From Octopus sinensis (taxonomy: Eukaryota): a stretch of 51,778 bases of DNA. This document shows, in pieces, positions 34,595 through 47,168 of this stretch. The stretch is from positions 1 to 51,778 of the forward strand of contig NW_021835434.1 of NCBI RefSeq assembly GCF_006345805.1, in the 5' to 3' direction. A program made the position numbers and the translations under genes. The notes under the pieces were generated by a model that ran no database searches, had not been told where the DNA came from, and saw only the letters and a program-made list of their open reading frames with translations. The number at the start of each line of letters is the position of its first letter. Position 1 is the first letter of the stretch.

Positions 34595-36470
34595 TGTGCT
34601 GGTGGTGCTGATGCAGGTACAGGTGGTGGCAGCGACGGTGGTGCAAGTGGTGGTGGTGTAGGTGGTGGTGTAGGTGGTGTCTGTGGTTGTGGTGGTGGTG
34701 GTGGTGGTGGTGGCAGCAGTGGTTGTGGTTGTGGTGGTGGTGGTGCAGGTACAGGTGGTGGCAGCGACGTTGGTGCAAGTGGTGGTGGTGGTGGTGGTGG
34801 TAGCAGTGGTGGTGGTGGTGCAGGTACAGGTGGTGTAGGTGGTGGTGGTGTAGGTGGTGGTGTAGGTGGTGGTGGTGGTGTAGGTGGTGGTGGTGTAGGT
34901 GGTGGTGTAGGTGGTGGTGGTGGTGTAGGTGGGGTGGTGTAGGTGGTGGTGTAGGTGGTGGTGGTGGTTAGGTGGTGGTGGTGTATGTGTGGTGGTAGGT
35001 GTGGTGTTGTGGTGTAGGTGGTGGTGTAGGTGGTGGTGGTGGTGTAGGTGGTGGTGGTGTAGGTGGTGGTGGTGTAGGTGGTGGTGTAGGTGGTGGTGGT
35101 GGTGTAGGTGGTGGTGGTGTAGGTGGTGGTGGTGTAGGTGGTGGTGGTGTAGGTGGTGGTGTAGGTGGTGGTGGTGGTGTAGGTGGTGGTGGTGTAGGTG
35201 GTGGTGGTGTAGGTGGTGGTGGTGGTGGTGCAGGTGCAGGTGGTGGCAGTGATGGTGGTGCAAGTGGTGGTGGTGGTGGTGTTGGCAGCAGTGGTTGTGG
35301 TTGTGGTGGTGGTGGTGCAGGTACAGGTGGTGGCAGCGACGTTGGTGCAAGTGGTAGTGGTGGTAGGTGGTGGTGGTGGTGGTGCAGGTGCAGGTGGTGG
35401 CAGTGATGGTGGTGCAAGTGGTGGTGGTGGTGGTGGTGGTGGTAGCAGTGGTTGTGGTTGTGGTGGTGGTGGTGCAGGTACAGGTGGTGGTGGTGTAGGT
35501 GGTGGTGTAGGTGGTGGTGGTGGGTGTAGGTGGTGGTGGTGTAGGTGGTGGTGGTGGTGGTGCAGGTGCAGGTGGTGGCAGTGATGGTGTGAAGTGGTGG
35601 TGGGTGGTGGTGGTGGTAGCAGTGGTTGTGGTTTGTGGTGGTGTGTGCAGGTACAGGTGGTGGTGGTGTAGGTGGTGGTGTAGGTGGTGTGGTGGTGTAG
35701 GTGGTGGTGGTGTAGGTGGTGGTGGTGTGGTGCAGGTGCAGGTGGTGGCAGTGATGGTGGTGCAAGTGGTGGTGGTGGTGGTGGTGGTGGTAGCAGTGGT
35801 TGGGGTTGTGTGGTGGTGGTGCAGTACAGGTGGTGGTGGTGTAGGTGGTGGTGTAGGTGGGGGGGGTGGTGTAGGTGGTGGTGGTGTAGGTGGTGGTGGT
35901 GGTGGTGGCAGGTGCAGGTGGTGGCAGTGATGGTGGTGCAAGTGGTGGTGGTGGGTGGTGGGGGGGTAGCAGTGGTTGTGGTTGTGGTGGTGGTGGTGCA
36001 GGTACAGGTGGTGGTGGTGTAGGTGGTGGTGTAGGTGGTGGTGGTGGTGTAGGTGGTGGTGGTGTAGGTGGTGGTGGTGGTGGTGCAGGTGCAGGTGGTG
36101 GCAGTGATGGTGGTGCAAGTGGTGGTGGTGGTGGTGGTGGTGGTAGCAGTGGTTGTGGTTGTGGTGGTGGTGGTGCAGGTACAGGTGGTGGTGGTGTAGG
36201 TGGTGGTGTAGGTGGTGGTGGTGGTGTAGGTGGTGGTGGTGTAGGTGGTGGTGGTGGTGGTGCAGGTGCAGGTGGTGGCAGTGATGGTGGTGCAAGTGGT
36301 GGTGGTGGTGGTGGTGGCAGCAGTGGTTGTGGTTGTGGTGGTGGTGGTGCAGGTACAGGTGGTGGCAGCGACGTTGGTGCAAGTGGTAGTGGTGTAGGTG
36401 GTGGTGGTGGTGGTGCAGGTGCAGGTGGTGGCAGTGATGGTGGTGCAAGTGGTTGTGGTGGTGGTGGCGA
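34595..36470. repeat. (GGT)n-based complex repeat with a higher-order unit of about 177 bp
   Basis: GCAGTGATGGTGGTGCAAGT anchor at 35924, 36101 and 36278. Confidence 0.92.
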
Positions 36471-36975
36471 TAAAGTGGTTTGGAGATAGTTGTTGTTGTC
36501 GCTATTCTTGTTGTTGTTGTTCTTCTTCTTATTGTTCCTTTTGTTCTTGTTGTTGCTGTTGTTCTTCTTTAACCCCGGGTCATCTTTAATGAAGCGGACA
36601 TATGGAAAATAATATTCCAGCCAATGTGCAGTGAACTACAAGTGAGGACCATATTAACCAACTTATTGTATTTGAAGGTGGCATGGTTTGATTTGAAGGA
36701 GATTCGGCTGTTATTTCTAGCATATTTTAAAGATTTCTTTATTAGTCTCAATGGTTTGGATATCAAGAACTTGTATTTACTTGACATGAATTCTTGTTTT
36801 GGAACAAATCTTATTATTGATTGGTTTTAGTAAACTTCCCAAGACACAACAAGATTTTGATATTGTTGCTGTTATTGTTTAACCACAGGTCAGACCCTGA
36901 TCAAGTTGTCAGTCAAATGATGAGGCATAGCCTATGGATCCATCTTTTCAGTTCTGACATACAGGCACCTCACTG

Positions 36976-37338
36976 AGGACCATATTTTGCTCTCCAACAC
37001 AGCACTATGTGTTGGTGAGCAAAAATATGGTCCTTGGAGCAAAATACGGTCCTTGGAGCAAAATACGGTCTTTGGAGCAAAATACGGTCTTTGGAGCAAA
37101 ATACGGTCCTTGGAGCAAAATACGGTCTTTGGAGCAAAATATGGTCTTTGGAGCAAAATATGGTCTTTGGAGCAAAATATGGTCTTTGGAGCAAAATATG
37201 GTCCTTGAAGCAAATATGGGCTTTGGGGGTAAAATATTGTGTTTGGAGCCAAATATGGTCTGTGGAGCAGAATATGGTGATTAGAGCAAAATATGGTCTG
37301 TGGAGCAAAATATGGTCTTTGGAGCAAAATATGGTCCT
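36976..37338. repeat. Hairpin (36976-37034) followed by a 19-bp minisatellite (GGAGCAAAATA[C/T]GGTC[C/T]TT)
   Basis: Left arm AGGACCATATTTTGCTC is the reverse complement of the repeat unit; inner stem CCAACACA/TGTGTTGG. Confidence 0.92.
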
Positions 37339-37399
37339 TTTATGGAAATTTTATATATTTTCGCTTAATAATGTTTGTTGAATTAATTTCATATGAGGT

Positions 37400-37728
37400 A
37401 ATGTGTAGGAGCACTCCATTGGTTGCGATGACGAGGGTTCCTGCTGATGTGATCAACAGAACAGCTTGCTCGTGAAATTAACATGCAAGTGGCTGAGCAC
37501 TCCACAAATACATGTATCCTTAACGTAGTTCTCTGGGAGATTCAGCGTGACACAGAGTGTGACAAGGCTGGCCCATTGAAATACAGATACTACTCATTTT
37601 TGGCAGCTGAGTAGACTGGAGCAATGTGAAATAAAGTGTCTTGCTCAAGGACACAACGCGCTGCCAGGAATTGAACTCACGACCTTATGATAATGAGTCA
37701 AATGCCCTAACCACTAAGCCATGTGCCT
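37400..37728 (-). mobile_element. SINE family C (CORE-SINE), near full length
   Basis: Reverse strand AGGCACATGGCTTAGTGGTTAGG (A box), GAGTTCAATTCC (B box), GTTGTGTCCTTGAGCAAGACACTT (CORE). Confidence 0.85.
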
Positions 37729-37739
37729 TCACTAGGTAA

Positions 37740-38362
37740 TGTATATTTATGTATTATTAGCAGTTGCTATTTTTTATGTTGTTGGAGCGAAAAGGATCCT
37801 AATAAGGTTGGTTTGATGGGGCTTCCTCAGCCTTTATCAGATGCAATTAAGTTGTTTAGTAAGGGGTATATTAAACAGCGGAGAGCTGGCAGAAACGTTA
37901 GCATGCCGGGCGAAATGCTTAGCGGTATTTCGTCTGCGTTACGTTGTGAGTTCAAATTCCGCCGAGGTTGACTTTGCCTTTCATCCTTTCGGGGTTGATA
38001 AATTAAGTACTAGTTACGCACTGGGGTCGATGTAATCAACTTAATACCTATGTCTGTCCTTGTTTGTCCCCTCTGTGTTTAGCCCCTTGTGGGTAGTAAA
38101 GAAATAGGTATATTAAACTTACTTTGTTTAACTATTTCCCTTCTTTTGTTTGTCCATTTTTAAGATTTTTTGCTTTATGTTATATAATAGATATTTTTTT
38201 GTGGTGATTGTGGGTTTAACCGTGTTGTTATTTTTAAGTGTTTCTTGAACTGGGGTTTATTCAGTTATAAGGGCTGGTTGGTTTTCTAATTCTGAATACT
38301 CTTTATTAGGTTCTGTTTGTGCGGTTGCACAAAGTATTTCTTATGAGGTTAGAATATCATTA
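37740..38362 (+). pseudogene. ND1: Nuclear mitochondrial insertion (NUMT) of NADH dehydrogenase subunit 1, interrupted by a SINE
   Basis: Invertebrate mitochondrial code: [35 protein letters not shown]|[57 protein letters not shown]; frameshifts and a deletion. Confidence 0.93.
37877..38106 (+). mobile_element. SINE family B inserted in the NUMT with a 12-bp target-site duplication
   Basis: GGTATATTAAAC at 37865-37876 and 38107-38118. Confidence 0.92.
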
Positions 38363-38844
38363 ACGAAGTGTAATAGTGTGCCATGTCACAACCAGCCAAC
38401 AACACATCCTCTTATCTCCTCTGTTCAGTCTATTTTCGTTATCCTACAAGCTCTGGTGGTGACCACATCGGTGATGAGCAAGGAGAGGTCAACTAGACTA
38501 CAATAGTTGCTGATATTCTGCATTTACCATATTGGTGGTGGTGATGGTGATGGTGTGAGTTCCGATGCAGGTACAGAAATGGCAGTGTGGTTGAGAAGCC
38601 TCCTTGCCAACCATGGCATGACAACTTGGGCAGCTCTCTTCTACTGTAGCCATGGGTCAATCAAAGCCTTGTCAGTGGATTTACTTTACAGAAACTGTGT
38701 GAAGACCTATCTCATATGTGTGTATGTGGATGTGTGTGTGTGATTGGACGTGTCTTTCACAGAAGACTGGAAGTGAACAACCTCACCTATATGATGATGA
38801 TGCTCATTTACAACCATTACATGATGTCTAAACAAATGCGCACA

Positions 38845-39135
38845 CACATACACACACACACATACACACACGTACACACACACACTCACACTCAAACACA
38901 CACACACGTACACGTACACACACTCACACTCAAACACACACACACACACACGTACACACACACACACTCACACTCAAACACACACACACACACGTACACA
39001 CACACACACACTCACACTCAAACACACACACACACGTACACACACACACACACACACGCTCACACTCAAACACACATACACACACACACACAGACACTCA
39101 CACTCAAACACACACACACACACACACTCACACAA
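38845..39135. repeat. (CA)n with recurring CTCACACTCAAA/CACGTA variants
   Basis: Direct reading. Confidence 0.95.
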
Positions 39136-39444
39136 GTAAAGAGCAAAAGCTCGCTCGATCTCGATTTTCAGTACAAATATGGACCGCAAAAGCAAGGCCC
39201 ATCGACCCTTTCCGAACATCTTCCACATGCATCACAAAACTTACCCCAGCATGCTAACGATTCTGGAGCTTGCCACCAAAAACTAAATGAATATTAGAAA
39301 CAGTAATTAACACCATTAAAAACTAGTATACTAATGTGTGATTTGTTAGCCTTATTATGAAAGCCTACATTTCCAGAACGGTGTCATTCCCTGTTTGTTT
39401 GCTAATGTCATTTGTGTTTTGTATATTCTATACAGGATTCAAAC

Positions 39445-39854
39445 AAAATCAAAATAGATAAACATCAATGGAATTTGTATCCTTGTGGTACCAGTGCCGG
39501 TGGCACATAAGAAAACCACCCGAACGGGACCGTAGCCAGTACCGCATCGACTGGCCTCCATGCTGTGGGCACGTAACAATCACCATCCGATCGTGGCCGA
39601 TCACCAGCCTCATCTGGCTCCTGTGTTGGTGGCACATAAAAAACACCATCCGAGCGTGGCCGTTCGCCAGCCTCGTCTGGCACCTGTGTCGTTGGCACAT
39701 AAAATCACCCACTACACTCTCGGAGTGGTTGGCGTTAGGAAGGGCATCCAGCCGTAGAAACACTGCCAGATCTGACTGGCCTGGTGCAGCCTTCGGGCTC
39801 CCCAGACCCCAGTTGAACCGTCCAACCCATGCTAGCATGGAAAGCGGACGTTAA

Positions 39855-39886
<32 letters not shown>
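39445..39886 (+). mobile_element. RTE 3' UTR copy with internal tandem units and (GAT)n tail
   Basis: GGCAC(A/G)TAA-CACCATCCGA.CGTGGCCG units; AGGAAGGGCATCCAGC...GGACGTTAAATGATGATG; CpG-rich, so probably young. Confidence 0.85.
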
Positions 39887-40059
39887 CTTATGCATGTTAC
39901 AAGATCATTTTATTCTAAAAGGGATCTGTCTAATCTTGCTTGATTATAATCCAGAAAGCTGTGTGCTTTCTGTTCTGGTGGCAAGAAAGTTTCCTCAAAC
40001 ATTGCTTTAGTGAATATCATGCATCTTTTGTTTTTTTTTTTCTTTTGTCTTTAACATTT

Positions 40060-41175
40060 AGTCTTTTATCTTTTACTTGTTTTAGTCATTGGACAGCAGC
40101 CATACTGGGGGTGTTACCTTTGGAGGATTTAGTCAAACAAATCAACCACTGATCTTTGTTTTTTATTAAGTTTGGTAGTCTCTTCTGTTATTCTGTTTGT
40201 CTCTTTTACTGAACTGCGAAGTTTTGAGAGACATAAACAAACTAACACTGGTTGTCAAGCAGTGGTAAGAAACAAACACCAACACACAGACATACACACA
40301 TGTACAGACTATACATAAATATACATAAATACACACACACAAACACATACACAAACAGACACACAAACACATACACAAGGATATACATACATGTATAAAC
40401 TATACTTAAATACACACAAATAAATACCCATACACATACATACATAGACACACACACAGACGCACACACAAACACACACAACGATATACACACATGTACA
40501 GACTATACATAAATTCACACACATAGATACACATACACACACATACACAGACAAAGACACACACACAAACACATACCAAAGGATATACACACATGTACAG
40601 ATTATACATAAATACACACACATAAATAAACAAACACACACACACACACTCACAAACAAACATATACCAGAGACACAGATACAGACACAAACACATACAC
40701 AAAGATATACACACAGGTACAGATTATACATAAATGCACTCAAATAAATACACAGATACACACATACACACACAGAGACTCACACACAAACAGAAACACA
40801 CACACAAACACACATACACACACACAAACACATACACAAAGATATACACACATGTACAGACTATACATAAATACATAACCGTAAATACACATACACACAC
40901 GCACAGACACACCACATACACAAACACACACATATACACAGATACACACACACACACAGACACATACACATACACACACACACAAAACACCACACACATG
41001 CACACACACACATACACATACACACAACAAGCTCCTACACACTTGCCCTTGTGAGGAAATTTGGTAGACACCAAATTTCCTCACAAGGCCACCAACTGGC
41101 TGGGAACTATAGCAGGAGAGACTTGCCCAAGATGCCACACAATAGGACCAAACCAGAAACCATGTGGTTGTAAAG
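40060..41175 (-). mobile_element. SINE family A whose central microsatellite has expanded to about 770 bp
   Basis: 3' half at about 40060-40265 and 5' half at about 41040-41175 in the same orientation. Confidence 0.7.
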
Positions 41176-41431
41176 CAGAATATTTTTTTCCTTTATGTGT
41201 GGGTTTGTTATGTTTATAAAGATTTATTTTTGCGTGCGAAATATTTATTTTTGAATATATTATGGTTTGCCTTGTGATGTTGGAAAGGAATATAACATGG
41301 ATACTTCCGATATTTTATCACTGGTATTACTGATTGTTATTTTCGCTTATATACAAAATATTTAGGATTGTGTGGGTCTTCTTTTTTCTTTTTGGTAAAT
41401 CATATATTTTCTGGAATATATGTATCCTTTT

Positions 41432-41860
41432 CTTTAATTCTTTCAGTCTTTTGGCTGTGGTCATGCTGGAGCACCGTCCTGAAGGTTGTAGCTGAACAAA
41501 TTGGATCCTAGTACTTACTTTTTAAGTCTGGTACTTATTTTGTCGATCTCTTTTGCTCAGCTGCTAAGTTACAGGACTGTGAAGAAAGCTACACCAATTG
41601 TTAAGTGATGGTGGGTGGCAGACACATCTACACACGCTCTTGCAAAAATATATACATACACAAATAAACACACACACACACACACAAACACACATACAGA
41701 GAGACAGACACATATACCTATTTATGATGAGCTTCTTTCAGTTTCCACCTATTAATTCTACTGATGAGGATTTGGTAAACCTGATGCTATAGTAGAAGGA
41801 ACTTGTCCAAGATGCTACTCAGTGGGACTGAACTCAGAACCATATGGATGGAATGTAAAC
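41432..41860 (-). mobile_element. SINE family A
   Basis: TTTCAGTC...GGTCATGCTGGAGCACC...GTGGGACTGAACTCAG. Confidence 0.8.
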
Positions 41861-41865
41861 TTCTT

Positions 41866-42097
41866 TTTTCTTTATTGCCCACAAGGAGCTAAACATAGAG
41901 GGCACAAACAAGGGCAGACAAAGGGATTAAGTCGATTAGATCGACCCCAGTACGTAACTGGTATTTAATTTACCGACCCCAAGAGGATGAAAGGCAAAGT
42001 TGACCTCGGCAGAATTTGAACTCAGAACGTAATGGCAGGCGATATACCACTAAGCATTTCGCCCGGCGTGCTAACGGTTCTGCCAGCTCGTCACCTT
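41866..42097 (-). mobile_element. SINE family B
   Basis: TTTATTGCCCACAAGG...ACCGACCCCAAGAGGATGAAAGGC...TCTGCCAGCTCG. Confidence 0.88.
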
Positions 42098-42139
42098 CTT
42101 ACCAGACAGTCATGCTTGTACTTTGTTTGTCATCTCAAG

Positions 42140-42472
42140 CATGACATAATGCCAAATGCCTCATGAAGGCAATGACCAAGACTTTTGGCATTATGTTGTG
42201 CTTGAGAAGAAGACCTATTAGACCAAGCAAAATTGCAGTCATGGCAGATACCAGTGGCATGCAAATGGCACCCCCTGTGCCAGTGGCACGTAAAAGCACC
42301 CACTACACTCTCAGAGTGGTTGGCATAAGGAAGGGCATCCAGCTGTAGAAAACCATACCAAATCAGACTGGAGTCTGGTGCAGCCTTCCAGTGTGCCAGC
42401 CTAGTCAAACCATCCAACCCATGCCAGCATGGACAACAGGCACCAAATGATGATGATGATAATGATGATGAT
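42140..42472 (+). mobile_element. RTE LINE 3' end (last codons, UTR and tail)
   Basis: CTCATGAAGGCAATGACC...GTGCTTGAGAAGA matches 16160-16220; tail motif and (GAT)n. Confidence 0.8.
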
Positions 42473-42647
42473 GTTGATGTACCAGAATGTTATAGACTTC
42501 ATAAAACATTTAAAGGTACCTCAGAACTTGCTTTGTGCAGTTGATTCTCTGGTGGCTTTCACTTGTGAAAATTATTTCTGAGAAACATAACGTTTGACTA
42601 GCTTTGTACCTGTGACTAGTTTCTTTTCTTTTCTCATATACTCTTTA

Positions 42648-43036
42648 CCCTTTTACTCTTTTATTTGTTTCAGTCATGTGACTGTGGCCATGCTGGAGCA
42701 CCGCCTTTACTCAAGCAAATCGACACCAGGACTTATTCTTTGGAAGCCTAGTACTTATTCTATCAGTCTGTTTTGCTGAACTGTTAAGTTACGGGGACGT
42801 AAACACACCAGCATCGGTTGTCAAGCGATGTTGGGGCCACAAACACAGAGACACAAACATATGCATACACATACACACATATATATATACATATATACAA
42901 CGGGCTTCTTTCAGTTTCCATCTACCAAATCCACTCACAAGGCTTTGGTCGGCCCATGGCTATAGTAGAAGACACTTGCCTAAGATGCCATGCAGTGGGA
43001 CTGAACCTGGGACCATGTGGTCCGTAAACAAGCTAC
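42648..43036 (-). mobile_element. SINE family A, full length
   Basis: Tail CTTTTACTCTTTTATTTGTTTCAG through head TTACCACACAGCTACTCC. Confidence 0.9.
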
Positions 43037-43077
43037 TTACCACACAGCTACTCCTGTATTAGGTCATTCTGTGTATA

Positions 43078-43545
43078 TTAACCGTTTAACATTTAGACTG
43101 TCTATATCCAGCCCATATATTATGTCTGTTTTATGTTCAAATTAGCCAGATCCAGCCTCTCACACATACCCTACAATGCCATTCTAAAAATAAATAATCA
43201 CATCATCAAAATCCTGAAATTATGAGATAATGCATGATTAATACAAAACAATGTGAATAAATAAACATTACATTTGACAGAATAATATGTCATTTGACAG
43301 AATAATCTGTCATTTGACAGAGTAACGCTTAATTCTTTTGCCTTTGGACTGGTCATATCAAGCTCTAAAATTGTACATGCTTTATGTTCAAACTGGATAG
43401 ATCTGGCCTCTCACACCTACCTTACAATGTCATTCTAAAAATAAATAATCACATCATTGAAATCTCACACTCGGGATAATGCATGATTAGTTGCGAAGAA
43501 TGTGAACAAAGAAGCATTACATTTGACAGAGTAATCTGAAAGTGT
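43078..43545 (-). mobile_element. Two tandem piggyBac-type MITE copies
   Basis: TTAACCGTTTAACATTT start; body matches the family; 20-bp CATTTGACAGAATAAT triplication at the junction. Confidence 0.75.
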
Positions 43546-44374
43546 TACAGGTATGTTTAAAAATTACAGGTGTGTTTTACAGGTTTTAAAATTACAGGTA
43601 TGTTTTAAAATTGTTAGGGTGGTATTTTTAAGAAAATTTGGCAGGTTGAACATGAAACAAGTACAATATTTGGGATGGATTTGCTGGTTTAAATTCCAAA
43701 GGTTTAAGATGGTTAAGGGTGTTATTTGAGGAAGTTCTAACAGTTATTTTTAGCAAGCTGAATAACCATGTAGAGGCTCAGTCATCATTTTGTCAATACT
43801 GTCCTTGTTATTATTCAACTCTTTATTTAACTGGACTAAAAAAATACACGATCAAGAGCAATCCAACCATGACCATTCTGTATTTCTATTTAAAAATATC
43901 AAGGACTATATATATTATCTAATATGTCCTTCCATTTTTAAGATAGTAGGGGCATTATTGAGGAATCTTTGCTGCTATCTCTAGAAGATATAACATCCAC
44001 AAAGAGGTTATTTAATTGGCTAATCAATATTGTTGCTGTTGATACTAGTTGCAGTTGCTGCTGCTGTTGTTGTTATTGTTGTTGTTGTTAAACCTTAAGG
44101 TTCATTGAAGCAACAGACCAGATAAGTCGAATCCATGTCGAGCATGCATACTGCAGAATATATTATTCAATGTCTTGATCAAATAGTCCAATGATCAAAG
44201 GCATTCCAACCATGACTATCCTGCCTTTGTATCTCCTCTTATAGCAAGGTACCTGTGCTTGTCTCTCTATCATACTTTAACCTTTCAACACCTGGCATAG
44301 ACTTGACTCCCCCCCACCCCCACACTTAGTAATGGGAACCTTTTTCCTTTTTTCCCCTGACCCCTTTTTTGGTG

Positions 44375-44481
44375 TTGGTGGTGATAATGACGATGGTGAT
44401 GAAGATGATGATGAAGTTACTGCTGGTAATGATGGTGATGATGATGACGATGATGATGATGATGATGGTGATGGTGATGAA

Positions 44482-44530
<49 letters not shown>

Positions 44531-44844
44531 GGAATGATGATGATGATGATGGTGATGGTGATGGTGATGATGATGGTGATGATGATGATGATGATGATGA
44601 TGATGGTGATGAAGATGATGATGATGATGATGATGATGGTGGTGGTGATAATGATGATGATGATGTGGGTGATGCTAAAAATGATGTTGATGAAAATGAC
44701 AATGACGCTGATGGATGATGAGGATGATAGTAATGATGATGATGACAACAATAACTGTGATGATGATGACAACGACGCTGACAATGACAGCGACAAAGAA
44801 GACGAGGGTGATGATGATGATGATGACAACGACGACGACGATGA

Positions 44845-44878
<34 letters not shown>

Positions 44879-44911
44879 GGTGGTGATGATGATGATGATG
44901 ATGACGACAAC

Positions 44912-44965
<54 letters not shown>

Positions 44966-45225
44966 GGTGGTGGTGGTGATGATGATGATGATGACAACAA
45001 CGATGATGATGATGATGATAATGATGATGATGATGATGATGATGAAAATGACAATGATGATGATATTGATGACAACGATGACGACAACGATGATGATGGA
45101 TGATGAGGATGTTAGTAACTATGATGATGACGAAGACGACGCTGACAATGACAGAAACAAAGAAGATGAGGGTGATGATGATGATGATGATATGATGATG
45201 ATGATGATGATGATGACAACAACGA
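44375..45225. repeat. (GAT)n/(GGT)n complex repeat with an internal duplication of about 385 bp
   Basis: GATGGATGATGAGGAT...GACGCTGACAATGACAG..AAAGAAGA.GAGGGTGAT block at about 44712 and 45097. Confidence 0.9.
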
Positions 45226-45524
45226 TGATATGCGTCCTACTAGCTAAAACAGCTGGGTGTATGTTTCGAGGTAGATTTTGCTGCTGCTGACATTGATGGT
45301 TGTGGTGTTGGTAGCAGTGGTTGGTGGTTGGTGGTTGAAGCAGAAACGACAGTGGTTTAGATAGCAGGAATCTTAGTGAAATGCTACTGGTGGATTACTT
45401 AGTCACATTGGCATTTCAGATGTTAACAGACCGGAAATGCTGAACATTATTTGTTTGTGTATAACTTTCAAATCCTTACTTTTGTGTTTTTGTATGTCTG
45501 TGTATGAACAGGTGTGCAAGTGTA

Positions 45525-46085
45525 TGCATACATACATACATACATACATACATACATACATACATTCATACATACATACATACATACATGCATACATACA
45601 TACATACATACATACATACATACATACATACATACATAAATACATACATACATACATACATACATACATACATACATACATGCATACATACATACATACA
45701 TGCATACATACATACATACATACATACATACATACATACACACATACATACATACATACATACATTCATACATACATACAGACATACATACATACATACA
45801 TACATACATACAGACAGACATACATACAGACATACATACATACATACATACATACATACATACAGACATACATACATACATACAGACATACATACATACA
45901 TACATACATGCATACATACATACACACATACATACATACATACATACATATATGCATACATACATACATACATACATACATACATACATACATACATACA
46001 GACAGACAGACAGACAGACATACATACATACACACATACATACATATCTACATATATACATAGAAATATACATACACACACATAT
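45525..46085. repeat. (CATA)n/(CAGA)n microsatellite
   Basis: Direct reading. Confidence 0.98.
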
Positions 46086-46489
46086 TTATAACACAAAGTA
46101 AAATTGGGGGTTACCATACGAGTAAAAACATAATGAAAAGAATCTGAAAATGCAGGGGTCTTTTAAAAGTATTTATTAACTTACCCAGTTTCTCTTATTT
46201 AAAAAGATTTTCAAAAGTAAAGTGTGAGGTTTTGTGTATTGTCTGTGGTGTTAAAAATTAGTTTTACAAAAATGTATACAAATCAAGAGACAGAGTCTTT
46301 GACAATGATAAAAAAGGGTTTGAGGTTTTGTGTATCCTTTGTGAAGAGTCAAAAAATGGTTTACATAAAAAACATTCAGATCAGGTAATAACAATTTTTT
46401 ATAATGATAAGATGAGAATTAGTTTACATGAATATATCTTGATCAAGTAATGGAGACTTCGACAAGAAGATAAAATATGTAACAGACCA

Positions 46490-46800
46490 TTTAAAGTTCA
46501 TGGATCTGGCTTCTAAGGGTCTTGCATCTGGTTGGAGTTTGGCAGTTATAAACAGAGTTTCAATTCTCTTAATTCTATTGGTATTGACTTCAGATACAAT
46601 AACCTTGTTATTAATATTTCTAGAGAGCTGGATAGTATTAGCTAAATTAATGTTAGTATTAGTAAATGTATTAATATTTAACAGTTTGTTATTATAGAAC
46701 GTCTTTTTAAACAATGTTAATAGCGTTCACTTAATCGCTATAAAATTCCATCAGTTTTTGCTAAAATGTCTTATTGACGAGTTTCGTTTATTTCACTTTC
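46490..46800 (-). mobile_element. Possible decayed Penelope GIY-YIG endonuclease remnant
   Basis: Minus-strand AKTDGIL*RLSER and KVIVSEVNTNRIKRIETLFITAKLQP loosely fit the motifs GKT.R.L..RL.EH and IL..E.N...R...E.L.I. Confidence 0.3.
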
Positions 46801-47128
46801 CTGAAGAGAAGATTGCATGTTTATACCATTTATTCTTTTGAATAGTATCAGTGGAATTTTCGAAACATGTGTCGAAAGTAAAAATATTTGATTTACACCT
46901 GTGTTAAACTCCATTTATTTATTCATATATTATACAAAAAATTCCACATAAACACAAAGTTTCTACCTTTATAAACTATTTATTTTTTCCATGTTAATTG
47001 TTAACAAGGTAAAAATACACTCATCTATATATATATTTAGATATCACCTTTACATTAGCACACTTATTTCTGGCTTCTTTCTGTACCTCTTCCTTTAACT
47101 CTAGCTCCTCTTTCCCTATCTCTTTCTT

Positions 47129-47168
<40 letters not shown>

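Noticed and set aside
36450-36640. Minus-strand exon-like frame FTAHWLEYYFPYVRFIKDDPGLKKNN leading into a Pro-rich tract
   Set aside because: The upstream part is a degenerate copy of a dispersed repeat with an (AAC)n tail (compare 36880-36935 and 44090-44225).
37016-37338. CRISPR-like array
   Set aside because: Contiguous 19-bp tandem units with no unique spacers; eukaryotic context.
41180-41425. Second NUMT suspected from T-rich composition
   Set aside because: No recognisable mitochondrial protein motif in any frame.
44332-45103. Asp-rich, aspein-like acidic protein
   Set aside because: The same frameshifting junction (GATG-GATGATGAG) is present in both copies of the internal duplication; no signal peptide; typical (GAT)n expansion.
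46500-46697. Hydrophobic 65-aa + strand ORF as a membrane protein
   Set aside because: Antisense of an Asn/Thr-rich frame that weakly resembles a TE endonuclease; no splice or expression support.
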